Below are positions 27,692 to 42,283 of a DNA stretch of 64,000 nucleotides, piece after piece. Source of the stretch: Octopus vulgaris (taxonomy: Eukaryota); NCBI GenBank assembly GCA_951406725.2, contig OX597826.1, positions 16,740,001 to 16,804,000 of the forward strand. The letters are read 5' to 3'. The position numbers and the translations under genes were made by a program. The notes beneath the pieces were generated by a model. The model searched no databases. It was not told the origin of the DNA and was given only the letters and a program-made list of their open reading frames with translations. Numbering within the stretch: position 1 is the stretch's first letter; each line of letters opens with the position of its first letter.

Positions 27692-28928
27692 TCTATAAAG
27701 TATTGAGTTAAATTTCGTGTAGCCACCTAATGGTAACTTTTATCCCATTTGTAAAGAGTATTACTCCTTTTCTGGGGTCTTTTCACAGCTATACCGCGTT
27801 CGAAAGTCTTGTATAAAAAAATGTAAGGGAGGAGGGCTTGTTTGTAGTTTGTAGAGAAAACGTTAAACATGCCTGAAAAAAAAACAATGGTCTTCAACCC
27901 TAACTAAAAGACATGAAGAACTATGAAAGAAGGCGAATAAGTGCCGAGGGTGCGGGAAAGAAGAGAGAACTAACAATCGATCATTCTAGAACTCCCAAAG
28001 ACTTTCTCTCTATACATTACTACATGCCTTTCTCTCTTCTTCACTGTTAAAAGTAAAGGAGGCGGAATCTCCATGAGAACTACTTTATACTATGCATGTT
28101 TGACACCCATAGTGACCATAACGACTAAAAAGAAATTCCTGCCACTATGTAGGATCTTTTTCCTTTTTCTCCCAGCCACTTGAAGGTTTATCTTGCTCCA
28201 GTCCACTCAGCTGACCAAAATGTACTGTAACTGTAATTCAAAGGGGCCACCCATGTCATATACTGTGTGAGACCGAGTCTTCCTGAAAACTACGTTAATG
28301 ATATGCATGTCTGTGGAATACTCATCCACTTGCGTTAATTTTATCCTCGTGTGGTAATGAAAAGTGAAAGTGTCATCCAATATTTGCTGTGTCGATGTAT
28401 CTATGTATCGACTTTTCGTTGTATCTATGTATCTACTGTCTCTCTCACTTCCTCCAACTTCTCTTTCACTTCCTCTGTGTCCCTCCTCTCTCCAGCTTTT
28501 AATTTAAGAATGTGTATATGTATCAACTTTTCTTTCGATCTATGTATCTACTTTTCTTGCAATGTGATAAACATTTTAAAAAGCAAAACGAAACCTGTCC
28601 CCACTCACTGTCTCTTCCCTCTCTCTCTCTCTCTCTTTCTCTCTCATTCTTTTTCTCTTTCTCTCTTACTTTCTTTCTGTCCTCTCTCTTGATTTGCCAT
28701 TCGGTTCTTCTTGGAAGTAAGTGTGACACACACGCGAGGTAAGTACAGAAAAACAAATTGGCATGTTAATATTATTGATTCTCCAATTTTTGGGTTCCAT
28801 TCTGGCTGGAGTTAGCTCTTCATTTTTCAGTCATTTGTTTTCATTTATAAATTGTCGTTTCAAATCGGAGAATGAAATATTATTATGATGTTAATATACA
28901 GTCATATATATATATATATATATATATC

Positions 28929-29129
28929 CTCTTACTCTTTTACTTGTTTCAGTCATTTGACTGTAAGCCTAGTACTTATTGTATCGGTCTCTTTTGCCGA
29001 ACCGCTAACTTAAGGGGATGTAAACACACCACTGTCGGATGTCAAGCTATGTTGGAGGGATAAACACAGACACACAAACATACACACTCACACACAAATA
29101 CACACACACACACATACACATACACACAT

Positions 29130-29168
<39 letters not shown>

Positions 29169-29343
29169 CATACATATATACGACGGGCTTCTTTTAGTTT
29201 CTGTCTACCAAATCCACTCACAAGTTTTGGGTCGGCCCGAGGCTAAAGTAGGAGACACTTGCCTAAGGTGCCCCGCAGTGGAACTGAACCCCGAACCTTG
29301 TGGTTGTTAAGCAAGCTACTTACTACACAGCCACTCCTACGCC
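28929..29343 (-). mobile_element. SINE family A
   Basis: Reverse complement of the 24553 copy with an internal (CA)n/(TA)n. Confidence 0.9.
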
Positions 29344-29429
29344 TATATACATATATATATGTCTGTGTGTGTGCGTGCGTGTGTGCGTGCGTGTGTGTTT
29401 GTTTGTGTATAGAGGGAGAGAGAGAGAAA

Positions 29430-30420
29430 AGATCCATTCCAGAAGTCTTCAAAATTTATTCTGGAAAGACATTTTCTTAATTCCAAAGAACTTCATAATT
29501 CTAATCACCTTCAAATTGGGATCCTCTAACAATGTAATTGTAGCTTCCCAGCCACTTCATGAAGGCTCTTTGGAAGTCCATCAAATGAATGTGGCCAGGA
29601 CACGTGTCACCTCTTCCATCCACTCCATGTCTTCAAAATTGATTACAAGGATGGAATTGTGGACCGGTACATTGTCCTGGTGCAGGTGCCATCGACACGA
29701 GTAGAAGTGATCTGGACTTTTCAGACGAAATCTCTTGCTGAACTCCTTCAAAGCCTCAACAAATTAATATTTGTTTATCTTTTGGTCAGAGGGAAATCAA
29801 TGGATATAGATGATGCCAATGCGCTTTGCGATGGACTTGTTTTGCTTTGCCTTCTTGAGTCTCGGGAAGACAGGGTGCTTCCATTTGGCACTCTGTATCT
29901 TTGTCTGTAGATGATAGCCGTACAACCTGCTTCTATCACAAATCAACGGAGACTCAAGTACTTTTAGATTGGTGGCAATGACCTCATCTCTCTGTCTGCT
30001 GCCACTAACACATTTTTTCTTCTCTCTCTCAGTGAACACCCCAGAAACACACTTTGCACAAATGTTCCTTCTGGTCATATGTACATGGGTATGGTTGTCA
30101 CATCAACTTTAAACTGAATGTTTATTCACTTTATAGACGCACAACAGTTTTCATCCATAAAACTGCTAATTCTCTCAACCATACCTCTCATTGTCTCTCA
30201 CTTATTTTGTAACGTCTTTGGACATTTTGTACCAACAAAAAGCTGCTTCTCGGCTCATACAAGATCATGCATAAGCATTCTGGAGGATTTTACAAGTTTC
30301 TGTAGCGTTTCTGTCCTGGTTTAATACAAAACATTATTGTCTAATGAGCTTCACTTCCCGACTGCATTCTTCAAACTAGTTGGTTGTAACAAGTAGTGTT
30401 TAGAAAGGTGCATCCACAGA
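29430..30420 (-). mobile_element. old degenerate mariner transposase relic
   Basis: ICDRSRLYGYHLQTKIQSAKWKHPVFPRLKKAKQ (like TGDESWIYGYDPETKRQS.QW.HP.SPRPKK) and RWHLHQDNVPVHNS. TIRs not identified. Confidence 0.75.
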
Positions 30421-31473
30421 GCTGTTATAGCCATCTGCTTCAATCTGGAATTTAAAAAGGCTGGTGGGTCAGCTTATTAGATGACAGTAATAATACACTA
30501 AAGTATCTCTATATACTAAAGCACAATAATCTGGGCAGTTAGAACTACAAGTCCCAAATAAAGTGTAAATACCCCTGGAATGCACTTCGTGTTTGTGTAT
30601 ATATACGTATACACCATTTGACTTCTTTCAGTCGATACGAAATGTAAAACACGAATAAACAAAGAAAATTTATTCAAACAAAAATACGGAGCACGATTGA
30701 ATAAACTATAATGTACATCCACCAACAACTATTCACACAATAACAAATTCTGCCACTTGATATGTTGAATTTACGTAGCCAACTGTATCAAATATGACAT
30801 CTCGCATGACACTAACGTAAATTTTAATGGAGAACAAATGTTTATACCTGTATCGTCTACTCAGCCACGCGTATACTAAATATTCAAAGTGTCTAATTTT
30901 TTACTTCAAACGTCAAATGCAGTGAAACATCATATGACTTTTTGAATTATTATTCTTGCTAGATTTATGTACAACTAATAAATTCCTAAAATTGTGAGCC
31001 TCCCGACTTAACTTTTGTTCACAGAATAACACAATTCAAACACGAATATGTTTAAACAAAAATATTAATGATTGAAATAGCATCAACAAACCACATAAAC
31101 ACTAACCCATTGGCAAATTAAAATATCTAGCACAATTTTATGTCTACATACAAACAATTCCGGTCAACTCTACCACTTGACACAATAGAGAGCATTGATT
31201 GTTTGGGGCAATCAATAGGAGACGTTTACTCAACCTTATCAGCCTTAATTTTCAGCGCCAAAAATATTGTCACATACCAGTAACGCAGGGACATAGAAGG
31301 GTGCGTACAGAAGTTTCTAAGCCTAATAACTCGATGATCCTCGGCTAATAAGACAGATTCAAATTTGAGACATGATTGCTCCATAAAAACAAAGTAATTT
31401 TCGATCTGTCATAAACAAGACAATTGCGACATAGCCCTGCGTCTTTCTAACTCACTTAACGTTTGAAAATCGG

Positions 31474-31499
31474 ATAGATAGATAGATGGATAGATAGAT

Positions 31500-31587
<88 letters not shown>

Positions 31588-31625
31588 GGATAGATGGGTT
31601 AATGGATGGAATGATGGCTGGATAC
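31474..31625. repeat. (GATA)n microsatellite
   Basis: Direct observation. Confidence 0.95.
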
Positions 31626-31644
31626 GTACATATATACTTTTGTG

Positions 31645-31862
31645 CATGCGTGTGTGTGCCTTTCTGTTTGTCTTCAGCAACACCGCATGATGACCGATTT
31701 TGAGTTTCTTTTAAGGTTCCGTAAATTAGTTGCTTGCCAAACATGAACGATAGAATATGTACCTGAGTGTAAAAAAATAGTACTGGGTTCGAGTTGTTCG
31801 ACTAAACCTTTAAAGGTGACGCTTCACCATGGCCGCAGTTCAATGACTAAAACAAATAAAAT
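31645..31862 (+). mobile_element. diverged 3' half of SINE family A
   Basis: TCTGTTTGTC...GATAGAATATGTAC...CATGGCCGCAGTTCAATGACTAAAACAA. Confidence 0.65.
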
Positions 31863-32649
31863 ATGGTAAAAGTTACCAAAGTCCTTAAAAATCATAAAAA
31901 CAGTTTTTAAAGAATATGCTTTTACATCATTAATAATATTCCTAACCAACAAATTCCAAAGAAAGCAAAGGGAAAAAATATTAGGCCGTTTTATACTCTC
32001 CGGAAGATGTTTTAAAATCTGTAATGAACACATATTAATCAATATCAGTTGTCCTGGAAGCATTTCTAAATTATTTATTTTAACACATTTACTGTTTAAG
32101 AAACGTGTACTTTTTGCACAATGGAGATATTTTTTTTTTGTATGTAGGAGCATTTTGCATTAAAATTATAAATATTCTTTTCATGGATCAGTCTAATTCA
32201 AACAAGAACTAGTCTCGTATCTTCCCCAAGTCGTCTAAATATCCAGACATCATAAGTAACACCATTGAATCATTCCAATGAATTCTAAATGAATGCTCTT
32301 AACAAATGAGTGTAATTTGTAGTTTTAAAGCTGCATGCCTTTCTCGCAGTGTTGTCTAAAATGCTGTTACATTCAGAAAAAAAAGCGTTATTAAAAATGT
32401 GGTCGACTCCTTTGGGTTTCGGATAAAGTGCTTTGCTGTATTTAGTTCCAGCGTTTTTCATTCTCAGTTCAAATTAGAGTAAGGTCAACTTTACTTTACG
32501 TCCCCCAAAGGTCAATAATTTTTTTTTTTTTAATCTAGTCAGGAACTGAGATCGTTTTAATCGACTAATAATGATTCTTTCCCAGCATCCCAGAATGGTT
32601 ATTAGAGTTTATACGTTCAGCCACCATTACATCTGTTTTAGAATTGTAG

Positions 32650-33700
32650 AAGGATGAAGTAGTTTATTGCTGGTTGCTTATTAGAACAGCTTCACTAAGG
32701 GGCATGGCATCAAAAAATGCAGCACACGCTCATCGGAAGGTTTGATATTCTCTTTTTATGTGACAAAATAGCATCATTTTTTTTATTGTGCCTCTAAATA
32801 GGAAAATTGATTTTGAGCAGACTGTATTTGTCGAACAAGGTTTATTTGTATCTATAACTCAGTCTATGATATTGTTTCAAAAACTACCAGTGTTAGAGAT
32901 ATATTGAATTAGTTTCAATAGATAACACTAATCTTGAAACAGTTTGACGTCAAAAGAAACTGACATGCGCAATTGATATAAATATGACAACGGATAAAGA
33001 AGATACATTTCTGACCTTGATCTATTGTAATATATTTTCAGCACGATGACCTAATTGTCTGTACCATACTACATGGTAGCTACGTCTCATGTTACTAAAT
33101 GACTTTATAAATACGAGAAAATCAGAAGATTTCTCAGCAGGAAACAGCCTCTGAAGAATAATACTGCGCAGTATAGTTTTATTCGTTTTCCTCAACTGCA
33201 GGAAATGAAGAACTACAAATATTCGTTTCTGATTTGAAAGCATTCCAGAAAAATCTTTAGAAGATACTAAATTTGAATAGTAGGAAAGCAATTAATTTTT
33301 TTTTTTCTTTTTTCAAGAAAACACATCTGTTTATTCCAAATAATACACTGTAATGTGTAGAAGTCTTCTGAAAATTAGTAAAGAAAAATGAAAAATTGTA
33401 GAAAGTAATGTCGTTTCACAAAACAATTGATACTCGAACGTAATTGGAAAATGCAAGACAAAATGCCATAGAGTGAGGGAGAAAATACATTATATAATAG
33501 AGATGTTATTTAGTTCTTCTTTGGCAAGATTTTCAACTAAAAATGTACTGCTTTTTTAAAATTTCCATAGGACGGATCTTTCATAAAACTTTGGCTTCAC
33601 CTCGTGTATTCGGAGGATTTTTATATTTAACTTATACAAATAAAACCAGAAGAGCATGGGTAAACCTCATACATGAACTGCTTTTGGTGCTTGTTCCATT
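32650..33700 (+). mobile_element. possible degenerate hAT (Charlie/SPIN-like) transposase relic
   Basis: Fragments HDDLI...W (like DL.Y...RWLS) and LQ/GNEELQIFVSDLKAFQKNL (like LQG....L...VKAF..KL). Many stops. Confidence 0.4.
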
Positions 33701-34169
33701 CAATTTTCATTCCATTTACTTCTCTTGTAGAATATAACGATATCCTTCAGTAAGTTAGGATGGCAAATGGTCTCCGTAATAAGCTGGATAGACTTAGCCA
33801 TGAAACTCTAAAGCATCATATTTAATAGTGTCCATGAACCTTCTTTCCCTATCTAGGCATGTGTGTAATAACGTGCGTGGAATAAGCGCCCTGACACAAA
33901 ACCTATCACGCTAATCCTCACACAAACGGAAGCTGAAACTTAATATATTTCATATAAATAATATTATGGAAAATAGTATTTTGTCCAAAATATCGCGTAA
34001 GACAATCGAATCGGGAGCTTATTAATTGCAAAGTGGACTATTTAACAACGTAAGCATGGCAGTTTTAATGTGTATGCATCTAAATGAGTGAGGTTTTGAA
34101 CTGGGTTACTATGGATGGAATTTGGGATTTGAAATCGTTCATGGTTACGAACGTAGCAATATATTGATT

Positions 34170-34760
34170 TCAAATTTTAGCACAAGCTGAGCAAGTTCGG
34201 GGAGGAGTAAATCGACGATATTTGAATGATGAAAGGCAAAGTCGACCTCGGTAGGTCGACGAATATAACTTAGAACATATAGACGGACAGACTGTCGCAA
34301 ACGGTTTTCTCGGCATGCTAACGATTCTGCCAGGTAAACGTCTTATAAAAATGCTACTAATATTAAAGTTAATTTCTTCACATTCTGAGTTCAAGTTCCA
34401 CTGAGGTCGACTTAGACTTTCATTCTTTCGGAGTCGATTAAATAAGTACCAGTTGAAAACTGGGGTCGATGTAATCGGCTTATCTCCTTCCAGAAATTGC
34501 TGGCCTTGGGTCAAGTTTAGAAACCAGTATTAAGGCTAATTTGGGGGCAGTGAGCTGACAGAATCATCAGTACGCCGAGCAAAATGCTTAGTGGCACTTC
34601 ATCAGTCCTTACATTATGAGTTCAAATTATGCCGTGGTTGACTTTCATCCTTTCGGGGGTGGGGATAAAATAAGTACCAGTTGAGTATTAGGGTTAATGT
34701 TATCGATTTAACCCCTCACCCAAAATTGCTGACCTTGTGCCAAAATGTGAAATCAATATT
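34170..34760. mobile_element. cluster of three SINE family B copies (about 34170-34335 minus; 34375-34530 plus; 34545-34760 plus)
   Basis: Each carries the TTTCATCCTTTCGG(G/A)GTCGAT...AAGTACCAG core or its reverse complement. Confidence 0.8.
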
Positions 34761-36689
34761 AGTAGAGTAGGTATTAGCAGAAAGTCTATTAGTGATGTTC
34801 TTTCTTTAGTTGGAGAATATATACTCACCAATTGAAACTAACAGTTTCAGATATATTTATTGTATAAGCAAACAACCAGTTTCGATTTACATAGTTGCGA
34901 ACTTTATTACTTCATCTTGTATGGGTATAATATTTGAAAAGGGAAACAAAAGCAAACGATTGCAAAGTATGGTCTGAATTTTATAAATGGTACATTTACA
35001 AAATTATGTAGAAAAGAGTAAGTTCTATAGGCACTTAGACAGCCGTTGTACATAAGTATATTTATATGGTACTGTTGCAATAAGTAAAGGTGGAAGTTCG
35101 AGTAAATTATTACATTTTTCCTGAAAATGGTCCTAAACGAATAATTTTCGAAATAATAAACCGTACTATATACTAGGATACAATTAGACTTGGATACGAT
35201 TCATAAATATATTAGGTATTAAAGTCAATCCAGTAATGAATAACAAATACCGTGCAGTTAATTAAGGAAATAATGTAAAGCTTGTTTGGGGTATAAACTG
35301 AACTTAAGTTGAGACATTATATCTCTCAAGTTGCAATCACATTATTAACCGAATTATATTAGTAAGCGATCAAATTCAGATAGCAGTAGTTTTCAACGTT
35401 AGCAATGAACTCCATTGCCAATGCTGAAGACCCTTTAACAGTAATTTCACATGTGTCTACGTGTAAATATTAATACAGGTTAAACTATTTAGCAGTCGCT
35501 ACTTCTCTACTTCTCTACTTCTCTGACTGGTTTGACAAAATATAATGTTACAAGGCATAAAAAAAATACCCGCTCGTTTGTGCTTGTAATTACTTTCTTA
35601 GAATATCTATGCATTATTAATAGTTAATAGTATTCCCCTGTAACTAGGTAAATAAAATCTTCGAACAGACGGTCAGTAGCGACACATGCTGGTTCTGACT
35701 ACGCTGCATTAATAAAAGGCAACAACCCTGGAACATGTCTGCAGATGTCTGACTAGCAAGGTGAAGCGGCTGACCTCCCTGTTCGAAGGTTGTAATGGAC
35801 GCAGGTTCGTGTGTCATATAGCTAGCTAGAGGCGATGGCCTCTTGGAGCTAATCAGCGACAGCTTTAGTCTTATATTTATAGACTGCCATACTAGTATGG
35901 CGATAACTATTAATATCCAGTAACGCTGCCGTAATCTCCTTTATAGAGACTTAGTAATTTTAATATTTCTACTATGCATTATAGTTTAAGATCAATGCAA
36001 GAATTGCGATCAGCTCCAGTGGAATCAAGTGCATTGCCAAATTCTGCTCAAATTATATTCGTTTACATATAGTGATTTTATCTTTAGAAAAAGAAACGAT
36101 TGGATCTTTAATATACAGAAAATAAACGTCGTTTAATTAAACGCGTTTTAATGTTGTGTTTCAGAAGCGATTTACCGTTTGAATAAAATATTTTATGAAA
36201 GATAGTAGTTTTGATGTTTTACATATAAAAGTTGTGTATTTGAAAACGTATGTATAATGGGGCTATATGCGATGCAATGCTTTTAGATTTCGTTCTCATT
36301 GGGAACAGCATATCCTTTAATTCTTTTGTAAGTTGATAAAATGTAACAGTAATAAAACTGTATAAATGTTAATTAACTGTAAATCATTCCTCTGTAGGTA
36401 GAGATTTATTCCAATGTTTAAACAAGTTCTTGGCTATTAATACATCTTTAGAACCTCCAGGGAAATTCGCTCTGCTCTTAAGAAAAACAAGCAAAATGTC
36501 TTCTTTATTTACTTACTTTTAGCTAAAATTCCGCCATGGGCCTCATTATCTTTCATAATTCCACAGTCGACAGAACAAAATACCAAAGACATACTGATTT
36601 CAGTTTAATCAAGTGTATTCTCCTTCATATGTCCAGTCATTGCTTGCTGTTGTAAGTATTAGAGTTGGAAAGAATGCTTTGGGGTAATA

Positions 36690-37050
36690 CTCCGTCTCTT
36701 TTCATTATAAGTTCTAATTCTGCTGAGTTTTACTTTGTCTTTCACTCTTTCGGAGTCAATAAAACAAGTAACAGTTAAGCACTGGGGTCGATGGAATCCC
36801 CTAACACCTCCCCACAAAATTCCAGGCGATCTTCATATAACAGAAAGAATTTCTTATGGAACTGAAATGACATTAATAACTTGTAATAATTAACAATACT
36901 TCACTTGAAAGTCTGAGTTTAAATTGCGCTGAGGTTAACTTTCACTGCTCTGAGATCGACAAAATTAATATCCATCCAGTAATAAGCTCGATTATATCGA
37001 CCACATTCCTCCCTAAAACTGTGTGCCTTTATTCCACATTCAAAAATCAA
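36690..37050 (+). mobile_element. two diverged SINE family B copies
   Basis: Box B-like AGTTCTAATTC / AGTTTAAATTG followed by degenerate cores. Confidence 0.6.
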
Positions 37051-37569
37051 TATTTGTTATAACTGTTATTTCGTAGAATTTTTTAAATTATTGATTGTTT
37101 TGCAATTTTTCTGATTCTCTCATAGAAAACCGACTTTTGACCTTCGCACGAGTGAGAAACTGAAATGCATATTCAATTTCATGTAAAACACATCAATCAT
37201 CCTATGAAACTCAAGTAGTGATATAAATAATTTTATTACTTTGGAGGAATCATGTTGATCACCAACGACATGTATCGCTACTTTCAACCATGAATTCTAC
37301 AATCATTCAATGATTAATTGACAACATAGAAAAAATCCTTGCTTAGCTTCCCTATGTAAATAATAATATGGAAAAGCACTATGATCATAAGCAATACATA
37401 TTGGTTTCAAATTTTTGCACAAGGCCAGCAATTTCGGGGGAGAGCTAAGATGATTACGTCGACTGGTATTTATCTGATTGATTCCTGATAAGGAAACATC
37501 ATCGAAGCTATGCATCGTATTGATGAAACTACAAGTATTCTCGATTAAATGCTAGTTCTCCAGTTGGCT

Positions 37570-37843
37570 TACCACACTTGTCCACCCAGTTTTTGATATT
37601 GTCCAATCGCTGCCTTCTTTGCGTGCCACTTGATCCACTAGACTTCACTCTTCCTTCTATGATAATATTTTCCAAGGTTCAGATTCTTCGAATATGGCCA
37701 TAATAAATGAGTTCTTGTTTTTTCACAATGTTCAAGAGTTGGCATCTTTCACCTACTTGTTGTAACACCCATTCATTTGTCCGATGATCCTTATAAGAGA
37801 CTCATGACATTCGTCTATACACCCACATTGCAAACACATTGAT
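37570..37843 (-). mobile_element. RTE-clade (BovB-like) LINE C-terminal fragment
   Basis: FAMWVYRRMS*VSYKDHRTNEWVLQQVG...YYGHIRR...IIEGRV...RQRLDNIK, the typical RTE C-terminus. Confidence 0.85.
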
Positions 37844-37860
37844 TATGAGCAATAAATAAT

Positions 37861-38689
37861 CCTTTCTGCTATAAGCACAACGCTTGAAATTTGCGGGGAG
37901 GGGACTACTCGACCCCAGTGCTGGTCTGGTACTTAATTTATCGACCCTGGAAGGATGAAAGGCAAATAATTCGACCTCGAAACTTCAAGTATTAACGTAA
38001 AGATAGACAAAAAGTATTTTGCCCGGCATGGTAACGATTCTGCCAGCTCGCTGCCTACTTATAAGCAATAAATATTCCTCTTTATTAAAGGTACAAGGGC
38101 TGATATTTTGGGGACAGGGCTGGTCGATTATAACGACACCCGTACGTAACTGATATTTATTTCATTGAACACGAGAGGATGAAAGGTAAATTCGGCCTCG
38201 GCCGAATTCGAACTCAGATCGTAAAGACGAACAAAATACCCATAAGCATTTTGCCACCTCGCGCCTTCTTATAAGCAATAAATAATGAAAGATAAGGCGG
38301 CGAGCTCGCTGAATCGTTAGCACGCCGAGCGAAATGCTTAGCGGTATTTCGTCTGCCGTTACGTTCTGGGTTCAAATTCCGCCAGGTCGACTTTGCTTTT
38401 CATTCATTTGGGGTCGATAAATTATGTACCAGTTGTGCACTGAGGTCGATGTAATCGATTTAATCCGTTTGTCTGTCCTTGTTTGTCCTCTCTGTGTTTA
38501 GCCCCTTGTGGGTAGTAAAGAAATAGGTATTTCGTCTGTCTACCTTCTGAGTTCAAATTCTGGCGAGGTCAATTTTGCCTTTCATCATTTCGGGGTCGAT
38601 AAATTCGGTATCAGTTGCGTACTGGGATCGAACTCATCGACTGGCCCTCTCTCCAAAGATTTCGGGCCTTCTATCTAGAGTAGAAAAGA
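37861..38689. mobile_element. stack of SINE family B copies (37861-38056 minus; 38077-38265 minus; 38296-38689 plus, composite)
   Basis: Cores are recognisable in each copy. Copies are separated by the repeated spacer TTAT(A/G)AGCAATAAATA. Confidence 0.88.
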
Positions 38690-38726
38690 ATAAATAATGA
38701 CACTTTTTGCCATCTGTAGATAGAAT

Positions 38727-39072
38727 GATATATATAATGAAATTATTGTATACAGTGCTCAGGTGCACCACAACTTGTCAGAAAGTGCATATAAAGTACA
38801 TGCAATAATGTAAAAATGTCTGGAAAGCGAGCAATGTATGAGTCAGATACATGCTTGTGTTTGTATGGAGGGGAGAAAATCAGGTGTAGTGTTGGCGAAT
38901 TTCAGAAAGCATGGAAATTTTGAAGGATGCAGTGCTCCGACAACTAACAACTGATGCCGGCAGTTTGTTCCATGCTTCAGCAACTTTCAGCGTGAAAAAA
39001 TGTTTCCTGAAGTCATGGGAGCTGTGCTATTTTCTGACTTTGTAAATATGTCCACGGGTGTTAGATGGGTGG
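38727..39072 (-). mobile_element. CR1-clade LINE 3' end
   Basis: SNTRGHIYKVRK*HSSHDFRKHFFTLKVAEAWNKLPASVVSC..ASFK, the CR1 C-terminal signature (TRGH...FF..RV...WN.LP), followed by a 3' UTR. Confidence 0.88.
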
Positions 39073-39751
39073 AGATTATTTCGTTGTTATCCTCTTGCAA
39101 TGACAGAACGAACTAATACTTCTTTGGAAATCAATGTTAACCTATTTGCAAGTATAGTCGACATAAGTTTATGAGAATATACTCGTAAACAATTTACTGA
39201 ACATGCTATCAGCCAATTTACCAAGTGCATCTGAAGATCTAAGTCTGAATCTCATGAGGCATTTCCCAGGCACTTCATCCGCGTAACTTGTTACAACGAT
39301 GCAAACATAGATATCAACTATATTTACAGTCGGCGCACAACACCTACTGCAACTAATGTTCTAAGTCTTATTTTCATGAGGTATGCTCAATCTCCTGTAT
39401 TGAAATATCTTGTTTGAACAATATAAACATGCACAAGAAAGATATGAAAATATTTCTATTGTGAATGTTCAAATAAAATTAAAAATTTAAAGAAACACTG
39501 AACACCATGGTACCTCATCGATATTAGCACGATTCTCCATACATTTATATTTAAACTTCTCGGCAACAACAAAGTAACTACATATTTTATCTTTCACGTC
39601 TTTTAGTTATGAGACTGTGGGCATTCCGGGGGTATGTTGTAGACAAATGAATCGAAACCAGTACTCATATATGTATATGTATTAATAGTAATGGTATGAC
39701 AGCAAAAGAATGAATGAGACTTATATTATATTATGTAAATAGAGGAATTTA

Positions 39752-40951
39752 TCTGTAATATAATATGTGACAATTATTCAGTTACCATAATAAAATTCCG
39801 AGTTTGGGATGTCGAGGCGGAAATCTGCTCCGTTATCTCTTTAGTTATTAAGACAATAAAAGAAAATGCTATGAAAATGACCGTAAAACAAAGAGAAATT
39901 TCTATGCAAAAGACTGTTATTAAGACAATCAAAAGAGCTATTAAAATGACCGTTAAATAAAGGGCAAAAAAGCGAAGGAGACAAAGTAAAAAGATAAGAA
40001 AGTAAAAACGGTCATAGAATTCGCGTACGCGTGCATGTACATACACATGAGCGCACGCACACCCACGTACACGTGCCTGTATGCATATGCTCACTCACAC
40101 TCACGTGAAACACATACATGCACACCCATACGCACGCCTATATGTGTATCTATATGCAACCATACACGTGTACACGTACATATCTGCACATACGTGCACA
40201 TACCCATACGCGCACATTTATATTCATAGACACGTCTAAATTACGCACAGGCTATATTTGAATATGTTCACTCACACTCGTGTGAAACGCGTGCATGTAC
40301 ACCGACATATATATGCAACCATACACATGTACACATATACAAACCCGTACACAGGCACACACACACGTATATATACCCATACGCGCACAAATATGTTCAT
40401 ATACACGTCTGTATACGCACATGCACAAGAAAATTGCAGGGAGAAGGTAATATACAGAAAAATATGTAAAAATATATAAAGCAATAAAAATATATAACAT
40501 GCATATATATAAATATGTAAAGAAATATATAAAAATTATATGGAGATAAAATACTTCTACGTGGACACAATATAAAAAGCAGGTTCCATCTGTGATCTTG
40601 GGGGGACTAAAAACGTAACAAATATTTAGCCATATATGGGCATGTCCCAAAGCGATCAGTTCTAGAATTTAAATATGTAGCGGAGTCTAAGCTGCTTTTC
40701 CAGATGAGCCATCTTTCTGTATCACAAAGGCCACATTTTCCACTGCCGTTGGTGTGTAAGGCCTACACTTGGCTAATATCTTACATTTTTACATTCTCCC
40801 ATTAAGGCTTTTCCCTTTATTTAACGGTCATTTTCATGGCATTTTTTGATTGTCTTAATAACTAAAGAGATGCCGGAGGAGATTCCGCCCAGACAACCCA
40901 AACACGGAGTTTCATTATAGCAACAGAATAATTGTCACACTATATTACAGA
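39752..40951. repeat. inverted repeat (about 39752-39965 / 40808-40951) with degenerate hammerhead motifs in both arms
   Basis: TCTGTAATAT..TGTGACAATTATTC versus GAATAATTGTCACA.TATATTACAGA. The left arm has an internal tandem duplication. The right end runs into (CA)n. Confidence 0.8.
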
Positions 40952-40974
40952 CACACACACACACACACACACAC

Positions 40975-41052
<78 letters not shown>

Positions 41053-41960
41053 TACATATACATACATACACACACACATGCACACATACACGCAGGCACA
41101 CATACATACACACACACATACATACATACACACATACATATACACACATATACACACATACACAGACACATACACACATACATACATACACACACATTCA
41201 TACATACATACACACATACACACACATACACACATACATACACACACGCATACATATACACACATACATACACATACACACATACACACATACAAACATA
41301 CACACACATACGTACACACATACATACATAGATACATACATACACATACATATATATACACACATATATACACACACACATACACGCATGCACACATACA
41401 TACATACACATACACATACATACACACACACTTACACACATACACACATATATACATACATACATACACACATATAAACATATAAACACACATATAAGCC
41501 TCTACATTGTACACACACGCACACATATATACATACATTCACTCGCACGCACGTACACACACACGCACACACACACATTTACATATATATACTATACACG
41601 CACACACACATGCACACGTACAAACACACACAAACTCACATACACACCGACAGATATACATACACAATATACACCTAACCGCGCACGAACACATACACAT
41701 AAACACATACAAACGCACACATACACGCACACACATACACGTACATACATACACACTCACACAAATGAACCCACACATACATCCCTACACACACACACGC
41801 ACGTACAAGCACACACGCACACATACACTAGGTTAAGCACAGTTACTCGCCACACACCCAAACTCTACGCATACACACATGAACACACACATGCACACAC
41901 ACACACTACAAACAACACACACACATGATACATATACTTACACGCACACACATATACCCC
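40951..41960. repeat. about 1 kb degenerate (CA)/(TACA) low-complexity tract
   Basis: Direct observation; source of the HT/CV-rich ORFs. Confidence 0.95.
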
Positions 41961-42283
41961 TTTGTTTTTTGACCTGGTTTTGACCTGGCTGGATACAACA
42001 AGTGCCACTCCTTTATGGCAGCTAGCTTGCTATGCCTATTATTCACCATACATACACACACACACACACACGCACGCACACACAAACACACTTGTCATCC
42101 TTGCACACACACACACACACACGCACCCACACACATTCCTTGTCTTTGAAACTCTCTTGTTTTTAAAAATCATGATTCGTCTACCTCTCAACTTCTGTTC
42201 TTTCAACATGTGATCTCTTGAGCACCACCAGCAAAAATATTTTTTTCCTCTGTCTTCCCTTCTCGGGATCTTTCCTTCTCCTT

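Noticed and set aside
37842-38700. Repeat-spacer pattern resembling CRISPR
   Set aside because: The 'spacers' are 190-390 bp SINE copies and the repeats are best explained as target-site duplications.
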